A DNA stretch of 33,631 bases from a virus, in IMG/VR virus record IMGVR_UViG_3300048598_000014, positions 1 to 33,631 of that record; one strand, given 5' to 3'. The first letter of the stretch is position 1. Every line of letters begins with the position of its first letter. Shown one piece after another: positions 1 to 6,172 of the stretch. The position numbers were made by a program, and so were the translations under genes. Under the pieces are notes generated by a model. The model was not told where the DNA came from, ran no database searches, and worked only from the letters and a program-made list of their open reading frames with translations.

Positions 1-127
1 ATGGGAAGCGGCGACATATATAGCGGAACATAAAGAAAAGGAGCAGGAAAAATGAGAACAAGCATTATGTGGCGGCAAGGTATGCTAGATATGTACGGAG
101 AGCGCAAGAGCCTCCGAGACTATCACA
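1..127. repeat. Terminal direct repeat, identical to 33505..33631 (circular assembly overlap or terminal redundancy)
   Basis: The first 127 nt (atgggaagcggcgacatatatagc...gagactatcaca) recur base for base at the end of the window. Confidence 0.95.
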
Positions 128-237
128 AGAGGCTTGTGACCGCAAGCAAGAATTACCGAATGCCTGAGACAAGGAAGTCTGATCTTGATAAATTTTTTGA
201 AGAGTGCGATGAAAGAATTAAGGGGCATAAAAAATGA
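52..237 (+). CDS. hypothetical early protein (61 aa)
   Basis: ORF with RBS aaggagcagg upstream. ATGA overlap with the end of 33257..33559 across the circular junction and with the next gene. Confidence 0.55.
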   Translation: MRTSIMWRQGMLDMYGERKSLRDYHKRLVTASKNYRMPETRKSDLDKFFEECDERIKGHKK

Positions 238-560
238 CGTTCGAAAAATGGTGGAATGAGACAATATCATATCAATATTTGGAACATGTAAATTTATTTC
301 ACAGAGATACAGCAAAACAACTTGCTCACGATGCATGGAACGTCGCACGGTCAAAGTGGAATTATTGCAAGGACGGTAAAAAGCCGAAACAAAATCAGCG
401 TGTCAATGCAATTATTAAGCCGGAAATTAAAAAGAATCCGCTGTATGTTGACACTGTTGTCTATCGTAACGGTAATTACATCAATGAGCGCACGTGCCAC
501 TTTGAAGAGGTCATCGCATGGATGCCGTTGCCGGAGGCTCCGAATGTACACGATGACTGA
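234..560 (+). CDS. DUF551-like phage protein, paralog of 2732..3115
   Basis: C-terminal VIAWMPLPEAP motif typical of DUF551. Shares WW.E...AHDAW...KW.YCKDG with 2732..3115. Confidence 0.7.
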   Translation: MTFEKWWNETISYQYLEHVNLFHRDTAKQLAHDAWNVARSKWNYCKDGKKPKQNQRVNAIIKPEIKKNPLYVDTVVYRNGNYINERTCHFEEVIAWMPLPEAPNVHDD

Positions 561-1428
561 AAAATCTGTGAGGCAGATAGAAATGCCAGGATTCGCGGAC
601 AGCATGAAATATCTGAGCGAACACCCAGACAAGGACGCTGAGATAACCCTGCACTGGAACACGATGCAGGAGGTCAGCCACTGGAATGACGTTGAGCGCA
701 AGTACAGGAGGGAGGTGCCAAAGAAATACTGGGATATCTCCACGGAGCCGACTGCGCTTAGCGAGCATCTGCCGTCAACGCTCATCGCACCGGAAATCAA
801 GGCATACATGCGGATGCTACAGCAGTATCTCGGAGCTATAGAGGGGCGCGTGAAGAGGGGCATGCACACGAACATCGTCCTGCTTGGAGAAAGCGGAATC
901 GGCAAATCATACCTAATGGCATGGACGATGAAAAGCCTGATGAACACGATAAAATATTACGAGAATCCGCTGAACGAATCGCCGACACCGAAGGACTTCC
1001 CGCATTACTGGAACGTGGAGTACACCACCGGTCAGACGCTCGGAAGAAGGTACAAGGCTTGCGACAGCTACAGGTCAACGGAATCGAAGAGGGACGTATG
1101 CAACGTCTACGCATACTGCGATTTGTTCATGCTCGATGAGGGCGGGCGGGTGCCGACAACGTACGAAAAGGAGGCTCTGTTCGACATCATGGACGAACGC
1201 GAGAAGAGCTGTATAATATCGGCAAATTTCAAGAGCCTTGACGAGATGCAGGACTACTACGGGGACGCGTGCATGGACAGGATACGGCAGAACATGGTTG
1301 TGCCGAACACGGAGGGGTGTGCGAGCATGAGGGGCAGCACCGAGCTGTCGCAGGACAGGGACTTGACAGAGATGCAGGACTTCGGTGATGGTGTATCAGA
1401 GCAATATACGGACGATGTGCCGTTTTAA
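544..1428 (+). CDS. DnaC/IstB-like AAA+ ATPase (putative helicase loader)
   Basis: Walker A GESGIGKS and Walker B DLFMLDEGG. Start chosen at ATG 544, 6 nt after GGAGG (533..537). The upstream part of the 322..1428 ORF overlaps the DUF551 gene. Confidence 0.75.
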   Translation: MYTMTEKSVRQIEMPGFADSMKYLSEHPDKDAEITLHWNTMQEVSHWNDVERKYRREVPKKYWDISTEPTALSEHLPSTLIAPEIKAYMRMLQQYLGAIEGRVKRGMHTNIVLLGESGIGKSYLMAWTMKSLMNTIKYYENPLNESPTPKDFPHYWNVEYTTGQTLGRRYKACDSYRSTESKRDVCNVYAYCDLFMLDEGGRVPTTYEKEALFDIMDEREKSCIISANFKSLDEMQDYYGDACMDRIRQNMVVPNTEGCASMRGSTELSQDRDLTEMQDFGDGVSEQYTDDVPF

Positions 1429-1448
1429 TCACATCAAGGAGCAAATAT

Positions 1449-1523
1449 ATGAGCAAGAAGACATTCACGCTCGTAAGCGCAATCGTGGGCGGAGTGTCCA
1501 CAACTGCTTCAACTGGACAATAG
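1449..1523 (+). pseudogene. Truncated copy (24 aa) of the small membrane-protein gene at 3112..3285
   Basis: MSKKTFTLVSAIVGGVSTTAS matches MSKKTFTLVTAIVGGVSTTAS of 3112..3285, with the same RBS context. The frame leaves the homolog exactly where repeat R1 begins and stops 3 codons later. Confidence 0.6.
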
Positions 1524-1553
1524 TAATTGCCAGTTAAGCAAATGTTAGAACGA
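1497..1553 (+). repeat. Structured intergenic repeat R1 (bulged hairpin GCTTCAACTGG / CCAGTTAAGC followed by AAATGTTAGA)
   Basis: Aligns with R2 and R3. The arms are complementary with one extrahelical C. Confidence 0.7.
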
Positions 1554-1610
1554 CAAACAACCGAGTACCGGCCTTCGGCCACTACACGGATAATTTGCGA
1601 GGAGGAAGCC

Positions 1611-1892
1611 GTGAAGATATTCAAGCTGAATGATTGCGATTGGTACGCCGCCGAGGATATGGAATCTGCCATTAAACAGATAATGTGTGACACCGGGAAT
1701 ACCCGCGAGGATTGCGTTGATTCTTCCGCTCACGAACTGACCGACAAGGAAATGGATCGTCTCAGATTCGTTGACGATATAGAGAACGACCCGGAGGCCG
1801 CAGGGTCTTCGCGCTCTTTCCGCGAACAACTTGCGCTCATGGTTGAACGCGGCGATACGTTTCCTTGCCCGTTTGCCACGACGGAGTTCTAA
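1611..1892 (+). CDS. hypothetical protein (93 aa)
   Basis: GTG start 5 nt after GAGGAGG. The rest of the 1527..1892 ORF lies in repeat R1. Confidence 0.6.
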   Translation: MKIFKLNDCDWYAAEDMESAIKQIMCDTGNTREDCVDSSAHELTDKEMDRLRFVDDIENDPEAAGSSRSFREQLALMVERGDTFPCPFATTEF

Positions 1893-1939
1893 CAACTGCT
1901 TCAACCTGACGCTTTGCGCCAGTTAAGCAAATGTTAGAT
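1888..1939 (+). repeat. Structured intergenic repeat R2 (TCTAAC-AA-CTGCTTCAACCTG...CCAGTTAAGCA-AAT-GTTAGAT)
   Basis: Nested imperfect palindrome. The outer arms are TCTAAC/GTTAGA. The inner arms are TGCTT(C)AAC(C)TG / CAGTTAAGCA with two bulged C. It contains the stop codon of the preceding ORF. Confidence 0.7.
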
Positions 1940-1950
1940 GGATCCTTTAG

Positions 1951-1979
1951 CAGTCTACCCGCCTTAGGCGGGTAGACTG
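1951..1979 (+). promoter_or_regulatory. Perfect 13-bp stem hairpin (cagtctacccgcc tta ggcgggtagactg) with no U-tract, just upstream of an RBS
   Basis: Perfect inverted repeat read directly. It is followed by acacgaacaaagccaaggagg, not by T-rich sequence. Confidence 0.7.
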
Positions 1980-2006
1980 ACACGAACAAAGCCAAGGAGG
2001 AATAAC

Positions 2007-2156
2007 ATGGCGAAGTTTAATGTTGATGTAGAAAAAATGACGGAAGCTCAGGCGAAAGAAACCCTGCAAAAAATCATTGAGGCACTCGACAATCTCGATG
2101 GCGACGATTATTTTGGCACCGAGGGATGGAGGCATTTCATGGGCTTCGAGGATTAG
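2007..2156 (+). CDS. hypothetical protein (49 aa, MAKFNVDVEKMTEAQ...)
   Basis: Hand translated, below the ORF-track length cutoff. RBS AAGGAGG lies 7 nt upstream. The ORF is bounded by repeats R2 and R3. Confidence 0.55.
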   Translation: MAKFNVDVEKMTEAQAKETLQKIIEALDNLDGDDYFGTEGWRHFMGFED

Positions 2157-2159
2157 GCC

Positions 2160-2217
2160 TCTAACAACGGCTTCGACCTGACAAGCTAACGAATGCAGGT
2201 CAACTCAATGTTCTACG
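2160..2217 (+). repeat. Structured intergenic repeat R3 (diverged copy: TCTAACAACGGCTTCGACCTG...CAGGTCAACTCAATGTTCTAC)
   Basis: Same layout as R1 and R2. The stem changes from AACTGG/CCAGTT to GACCTG/CAGGTC, so pairing is preserved. The bulged C is conserved. Confidence 0.6.
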
Positions 2218-2227
2218 GACGTTTTAG

Positions 2228-2254
2228 CCGTATAAGCGCCCCGTGCTTATACGG
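2228..2254 (+). promoter_or_regulatory. 10-bp stem hairpin CCGTATAAGC gccccgt GCTTATACGG upstream of the HNH gene
   Basis: Inverted repeat read directly. The arms recur at 30872..30912. Confidence 0.65.
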
Positions 2255-2283
2255 ACACACGCCAAGCCCCGGCGGAGGTTATC

Positions 2284-2514
2284 GTGGATAGAAAACAGTT
2301 GCGCGAAATGTTCGGCGGAAAATGTGCCTACTGCGGGAAGCCGCTCGGAAAGGTTTTTCACGCGGATCACGTCGAGCCGATTTATCGCGGATGGACAGAC
2401 GCATCGCGCCCTAGACAAGCAGGAAAGGACGTTGTGGAAAACCTATTTCCTGCTTGTCCTCGGTGCAGCTTGCGTTGTGACGGCAGTAGTGCTGTCGATT
2501 ATTCAGTTATTTAG
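2284..2514 (+). CDS. small HNH endonuclease-like protein (76 aa)
   Basis: CAYCGKPL...HADHVEPI...ENLFPACPRC layout of HNH/His-Me finger proteins. GTG start follows GGAGG. The last motif reads CPRCS rather than C..CN. Confidence 0.6.
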   Translation: MDRKQLREMFGGKCAYCGKPLGKVFHADHVEPIYRGWTDASRPRQAGKDVVENLFPACPRCSLRCDGSSAVDYSVI

Positions 2515-2536
2515 AAAATAATAAGGAGCAGGCGAA

Positions 2537-2719
2537 ATGACAGTAGAAGAGTTCAATCTTCCGTTATGGAAGCGAAACAAGATTAAGGTGCTTCCAAAAG
2601 GTGCGACATACTTTGAATGCCCTCGTTGTGATATTAAAATAAGAGTGACAAGGAACGACGCTATTCTAGGAACCGTTTCCTGCCCAGAGTGCGGTCATAA
2701 TTATGAATACGGACTATAA
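2537..2719 (+). CDS. zinc-ribbon protein (60 aa)
   Basis: Two CxxC pairs (CPRCD, CPECG). RBS AAGGAGCAGG. Confidence 0.65.
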   Translation: MTVEEFNLPLWKRNKIKVLPKGATYFECPRCDIKIRVTRNDAILGTVSCPECGHNYEYGL

Positions 2720-2731
2720 GGAGCAGAAGAA

Positions 2732-3115
2732 ATGACGTTTAAGGAATGGTGGAAAGAAAAAGCATTAAAAATGATTGTACTTAATTATGGAGCAGAAGAA
2801 ATTGCTCATGACGCATGGCAAGCCGCACAGCCGAAGTGGACGTACTGCAAGGACGGAATGCCGAAAGAAAAAGACGGAAAAGTTATTACCACGCATGAAA
2901 CTGACGCTAGCTTTTATTCGCACGAGATAAAAGTTATTCGAGTTTATGTAAAACTTGAAACACAAAACCCGTTCAATGAAACTAGAATTGATAATTTTTG
3001 TCTTTCGACAAACAAGTTTGAAAAGTATGAAGACTTGGTTATCGCATGGATGCCGTTGCCGGAGGCGCCGGCAGAAATTAACAGTGGCTTTAATAAGCAA
3101 GGAGTACATATATGA
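2732..3115 (+). CDS. DUF551-like phage protein, paralog of 234..560
   Basis: C-terminal VIAWMPLPEAP and shared N-terminal motifs with 234..560. Confidence 0.7.
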   Translation: MTFKEWWKEKALKMIVLNYGAEEIAHDAWQAAQPKWTYCKDGMPKEKDGKVITTHETDASFYSHEIKVIRVYVKLETQNPFNETRIDNFCLSTNKFEKYEDLVIAWMPLPEAPAEINSGFNKQGVHI

Positions 3116-3285
3116 GCAAGAAGACGTTCACTTTGGTGACCGCAATCGTGGGGGGCGTGTCTACAACCGCTTCAGCAATCGTGACCTACGTCAACCCTGC
3201 ATGGGCTGTCGCAATCGTGGCTTCAATCGGCATCGTCAACACTGCGGTGGTGGCGGTGTGTAACCAGTTCGTCAAGGAGGAATGA
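3112..3285 (+). CDS. small hydrophobic membrane protein (57 aa)
   Basis: Hand translated: MSKKTFTLVTAIVGGVSTTASAIVTYVNPAWAVAIVASIGIVNTAVVAVCNQFVKEE. ATGA overlap with the upstream gene. Two hydrophobic stretches. Confidence 0.65.
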   Translation: MSKKTFTLVTAIVGGVSTTASAIVTYVNPAWAVAIVASIGIVNTAVVAVCNQFVKEE

Positions 3286-3409
3286 CAATGGCATGTGGAA
3301 AGAAATCTTCTGCCGGCAAGGGCGGGAAGAAATAAGCCCAGAACGGAACGGAAACACTGCGGCGGTGTAATTTCACGTCTTTCGTGAAAAGTACGCTATA
3401 AACAGGCTT

Positions 3410-3431
3410 CTCGCGCGTTTGCGGGCTTTTT
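3410..3431 (+). terminator. weak intrinsic terminator (CUCGC gcguuu GCGGG + U5)
   Basis: 5-bp stem including one G-U pair, followed by ctttttag. It lies at the end of the early small-gene block. Confidence 0.35.
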
Positions 3432-3476
3432 AGCTGGCACACTGTACGTCTATTTCTTGCTTGAATAATAAAACAG

Positions 3477-3505
3477 TGGACTTTAGGCGTAGAGTGTGGT
3501 ATACT
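3477..3505 (+). promoter_or_regulatory. sigma70-like promoter (TGGACT-17-TATACT with TGn extended -10) ahead of the ParB/rSAM/packaging operon
   Basis: Hexamers and spacing read from the sequence. Confidence 0.4.
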
Positions 3506-3572
3506 TAATCCATAGCGGAGACCTCCTGCCAGACCCCACATGATCAGGTTTCCGCTTCACTGGTGGGAAAAA

Positions 3573-4169
3573 ATGGACGAAATAAAAGTAAACTGCAAGG
3601 CAGCCGACACTCTCGACATACAGGACATGACGCTCTTTCAGGGCGAGTTGAAGTCACGCACCGATGCAGACTATGAGCATATAAAAAAATCAATACTTGA
3701 ATACGGCTTCTGCGCTCCGTTCTTCATCTGGGAGCATGACGGAGTGAACAGCGTCCTTGACGGTACGGGACGCTATGAGACATTGCAGCGAATGAAGTCA
3801 GAAGGATATGACATACCGCTCCTGCCGGTCGCATACATAGACTGCAAGGACGAGGCGACGGCGAAGCAAAAGCTGCTCAGACTTAATTCACACTACGGAT
3901 ACATGACTTCTGAAAGTGTAAAAGAGTTTGTCGGAGATATGGAAATAGACTATTCGGACATATCACTTCCAGAAGGTACGCTCGACTTTTCAAAGTTAGA
4001 AGAATACGAAACTGGTACGGAAGAAGGTGTTGAAGATATGATAAGCACCTTCGGAGTTACGCTTAATTTTGACAAAAGATATGAGCCGGATATAAAGCAG
4101 TTTGTAAAGGACAATGGGAAGCAGGCTGTAGTAGAGCAGATTATCAGCATGGCAGAGGCTAACGAATGA
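3573..4169 (+). CDS. ParB/Srx-like N-terminal domain protein 1
   Basis: The SILEYGFCAPFFIW...LDGTGRYETL pattern resembles the ParB-like nuclease domain (SI..fG...Pi.v...DG.hR). Start set at ATG 3573 by alignment with its paralog (MDEIKVNCKAADTL vs MIKIECKANDTL). Confidence 0.65.
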   Translation: MDEIKVNCKAADTLDIQDMTLFQGELKSRTDADYEHIKKSILEYGFCAPFFIWEHDGVNSVLDGTGRYETLQRMKSEGYDIPLLPVAYIDCKDEATAKQKLLRLNSHYGYMTSESVKEFVGDMEIDYSDISLPEGTLDFSKLEEYETGTEEGVEDMISTFGVTLNFDKRYEPDIKQFVKDNGKQAVVEQIISMAEANE

Positions 4170-4777
4170 TAAAAATTGAATGCAAGGCTAACGACACGCT
4201 CGCCATAGAAAAAATGAAACTATTTCAGGGGACGCTAAAGACAAGACTCCCAGAAGATTATGTAAAGATACAGAAATCAATTGAGCAGTACGGATTCAGT
4301 TTCCCGTTTTTCATTTGGAATTACAAAGGCGACAACTGGGTAATAGACGGTACAGGAAGATATGAAACCTTAAATAAAATGAAGGAAGCAGGGGAAAAAA
4401 TACCTGAACTACCTGTTGTATATATAAATTGCAAGGACAAAGAAGATGCGAAGCAGATACTTCTGAGAATAAATTCACAGTACGGGTCCCTTTCGCAGAA
4501 GAGTGTAGAAAAGTTTTCGGAGGATATTGAAGTTGAATATGCCGACTTGGACTTGCCAGAAGGATGCATATATTTCAGCGAAGATGAAGATGAGCCTCTG
4601 AATCTTGAATATGACACAGGGACAAGTGAAGATTCGGCAACGGCAGATACATTTGCAATGACGTTCGACATAGACAACGGGTACAGGGACAAGGTGCAGG
4701 AGTATATACGGAAAAATGGAAAACAGCAGCTCGTTAAGGTTGTGATGGAGCTTGCAGGAGTTGAGCAAGATGCCTAG
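4166..4777 (+). CDS. ParB/Srx-like N-terminal domain protein 2 (tandem paralog)
   Basis: Collinear similarity to 3573..4169 along its whole length (FQG.LK.R...DY..I.KSI..YGF..PFFIW, DGTGRYETL, LP..YI.CKD, LPEG). ATGA overlap with paralog 1. Confidence 0.65.
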   Translation: MIKIECKANDTLAIEKMKLFQGTLKTRLPEDYVKIQKSIEQYGFSFPFFIWNYKGDNWVIDGTGRYETLNKMKEAGEKIPELPVVYINCKDKEDAKQILLRINSQYGSLSQKSVEKFSEDIEVEYADLDLPEGCIYFSEDEDEPLNLEYDTGTSEDSATADTFAMTFDIDNGYRDKVQEYIRKNGKQQLVKVVMELAGVEQDA

Positions 4778-5765
4778 ATGCGGAAGCCAAATCGTTCTTT
4801 GCGATGTACCGGTTAGATTTGATACATACGAAGGGTGTACACATGCCTGCAGGTACTGTTTTGTGAAAAGGAAAACAGACATAAGAGACGTAAAGCTCGG
4901 AGAAAGCCCTGAACAGCTCATAGGGTTTATACACGGGAAAAGGACTAACGAGACGAAGTGGTGCGACTGGAAGATACCGATACACTGGGGAGGGATGAGC
5001 GACCCGTTCCAACCGTGCGAAAAAATACACAAACGTTCATTGGAGTGCCTAAGGGTTTTTGCAGAAACGGGCTATCCGTTCATGGTAAGCACGAAGAGCA
5101 TACTGCCCACGCAGAAAGAATATCTTGATTTATTCAAGAGGTGCAACTGCGTCTTTCAGGTAAGCATGGTATGCAGCAAATATGACGCATACGAGAAGGG
5201 CGCACCGACATTCGAGGAAAGAAAAAAGATGCTTGCCATAATGGCTCCGAACGTTAAAAGAGTTGTGGTGAGAATACAGCCGTACCTGCTTTCTGTAGAA
5301 AAAGATGTTATCGCACAGTTAAAAGATTATGCAGAAATGGGTGTGTACGGTATCACAATCGAAGGCATGAAATACAAAACACTCCAGAAGGATACTGAGA
5401 AGGTATACGGAGACTATGGATTCAAGCTGGACATTCTGCGGAGAAGTTTTGAGCGGATAAAAAACGAGGCGCACAGGGTAGGGCTCGTTTTCCTGAGCGG
5501 AGAAAACAGACTGCGCAGCATGGGAGACAGCCTGACGTGCTGCGGTTGCGAGGGGTTGGAAGGATTCAGGGTAAACACATACAACCTGAACAGCATGAAC
5601 TGCGGAAGGAGACCAGAGCCAACATCAGGGATGAGTGAAAGCGGGACTGCATTTGTATTCAAAGCCTTGTTTCAGGATTCTGGGGCAACGAAGGCATTTG
5701 AAAAGGCGTGCATGAAAGACGTAATGGACAGATACAGAAACGACCATAAGGACGTGGTAAGATAA
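4770..5765 (+). CDS. radical SAM enzyme, spore-photoproduct-lyase/COG1533-like
   Basis: CTHACRYC (CxxxCxxC) followed by WGGMSDPFQPCE, as in SplB/COG1533 proteins. ATG 4770 lies 9 nt after AGGAG. Overlaps ParB-2 by 8 nt and TerS by 1 nt (TAATG). Confidence 0.8.
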   Translation: MPRCGSQIVLCDVPVRFDTYEGCTHACRYCFVKRKTDIRDVKLGESPEQLIGFIHGKRTNETKWCDWKIPIHWGGMSDPFQPCEKIHKRSLECLRVFAETGYPFMVSTKSILPTQKEYLDLFKRCNCVFQVSMVCSKYDAYEKGAPTFEERKKMLAIMAPNVKRVVVRIQPYLLSVEKDVIAQLKDYAEMGVYGITIEGMKYKTLQKDTEKVYGDYGFKLDILRRSFERIKNEAHRVGLVFLSGENRLRSMGDSLTCCGCEGLEGFRVNTYNLNSMNCGRRPEPTSGMSESGTAFVFKALFQDSGATKAFEKACMKDVMDRYRNDHKDVVR

Positions 5766-6172
5766 TGACAGCAGGAAGAAAGTCGAAATACAGAGCAGAA
5801 ATGCTTGAAACCATTCTCAAGTTATACGAACAGGGAAAAAGTGATGCATACGTATGCGCGAAACTTGAGATAGACCGGACGACTTTCTACCGTTGGTATA
5901 AATCAAAAACAACATTTCGCCACACTGTTGATGAAGGAAGGCTGTTGGCGCAGTGTTGGTGGGAAGATTTGGGACAGAGGCTGTCAGGTGGGAGCGCCCA
6001 TGACAAGAACGGAAACCAGATTGTTACGAAGGGAAACGGGCGCGTGTGGAACTTCATAATGATAAACCGTTTCAGACAGGATTATCAGAACGCCCCTGAA
6101 AGACAGGCAACGACAGACAGCCTTGACGCAATACGCGAGGCGATACAGTCTGCGCTCGGAGGCGGTAAATGA
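5765..6172 (+). CDS. terS: terminase small subunit (HTH)
   Basis: Position directly upstream of TerL. HTH-like KSDAYVCAKLEIDRTTFYRWYK. ATGA overlap with TerL. Confidence 0.7.
   Translation: MTAGRKSKYRAEMLETILKLYEQGKSDAYVCAKLEIDRTTFYRWYKSKTTFRHTVDEGRLLAQCWWEDLGQRLSGGSAHDKNGNQIVTKGNGRVWNFIMINRFRQDYQNAPERQATTDSLDAIREAIQSALGGGK

Noticed and set aside
322-543. N-terminal extension of the DnaC-like ORF (322..1428), and similar 5' extensions at 27648..27863, 30987..31046, 13001..13105, 12706..12771 and 13790..13828
   Set aside because: The extensions overlap the preceding gene in another frame. Internal start codons have proper RBS spacing and give compact gene junctions.
351-947. Long antisense ORFs throughout the window (for example 351..947, 1229..1693, 9791..10345, 16437..16991, 17406..18002, 20775..21374, 26381..26782, all on the minus strand)
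   Set aside because: They lie entirely opposite well-supported plus-strand genes and lack RBSs. Their composition is low-complexity or Cys/Ser/Arg-rich, as expected of shadow frames.
1538-1546. Shared 9-mer CAAATGTTA between repeats R1/R2 and the first ori iteron (31983..31991)
   Set aside because: R1 and R2 are homologous copies, so this is effectively a single coincidence of a 9-mer in a 33-kb genome. R3 does not keep it.
1888-1939. Literal integron attC sites / integron cassette array
   Set aside because: The R''/R'-like boxes fit well only in R2 (R1 ends GTTAGAA, R3 ends GTTCTAC). The units are at the short limit for attC, and no IntI-type tyrosine recombinase or attI is present. The comparison is kept only as an analogy.
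2243-2521. Alternative 92-aa frame overlapping the HNH gene (ends in a hydrophobic tail)
   Set aside because: It has no RBS, and the HNH frame has a GGAGG-led GTG start and recognisable Cys/His motifs. Degeneration of the HNH C-terminus remains possible.
3272-3541. 89-aa minus-strand ORF in the gap before the ParB-like genes
   Set aside because: It has no RBS and runs antisense through a terminator and a promoter-like region. It is isolated on the minus strand in a plus-strand operon context.
3573-4777. The ParB-like pair as a plasmid-type partition system (prophage-plasmid lifestyle)
   Set aside because: There is no ParA/ParM ATPase, no HTH or C-terminal dimerisation region, and no parS-like repeat array. 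The genes sit in the packaging operon.
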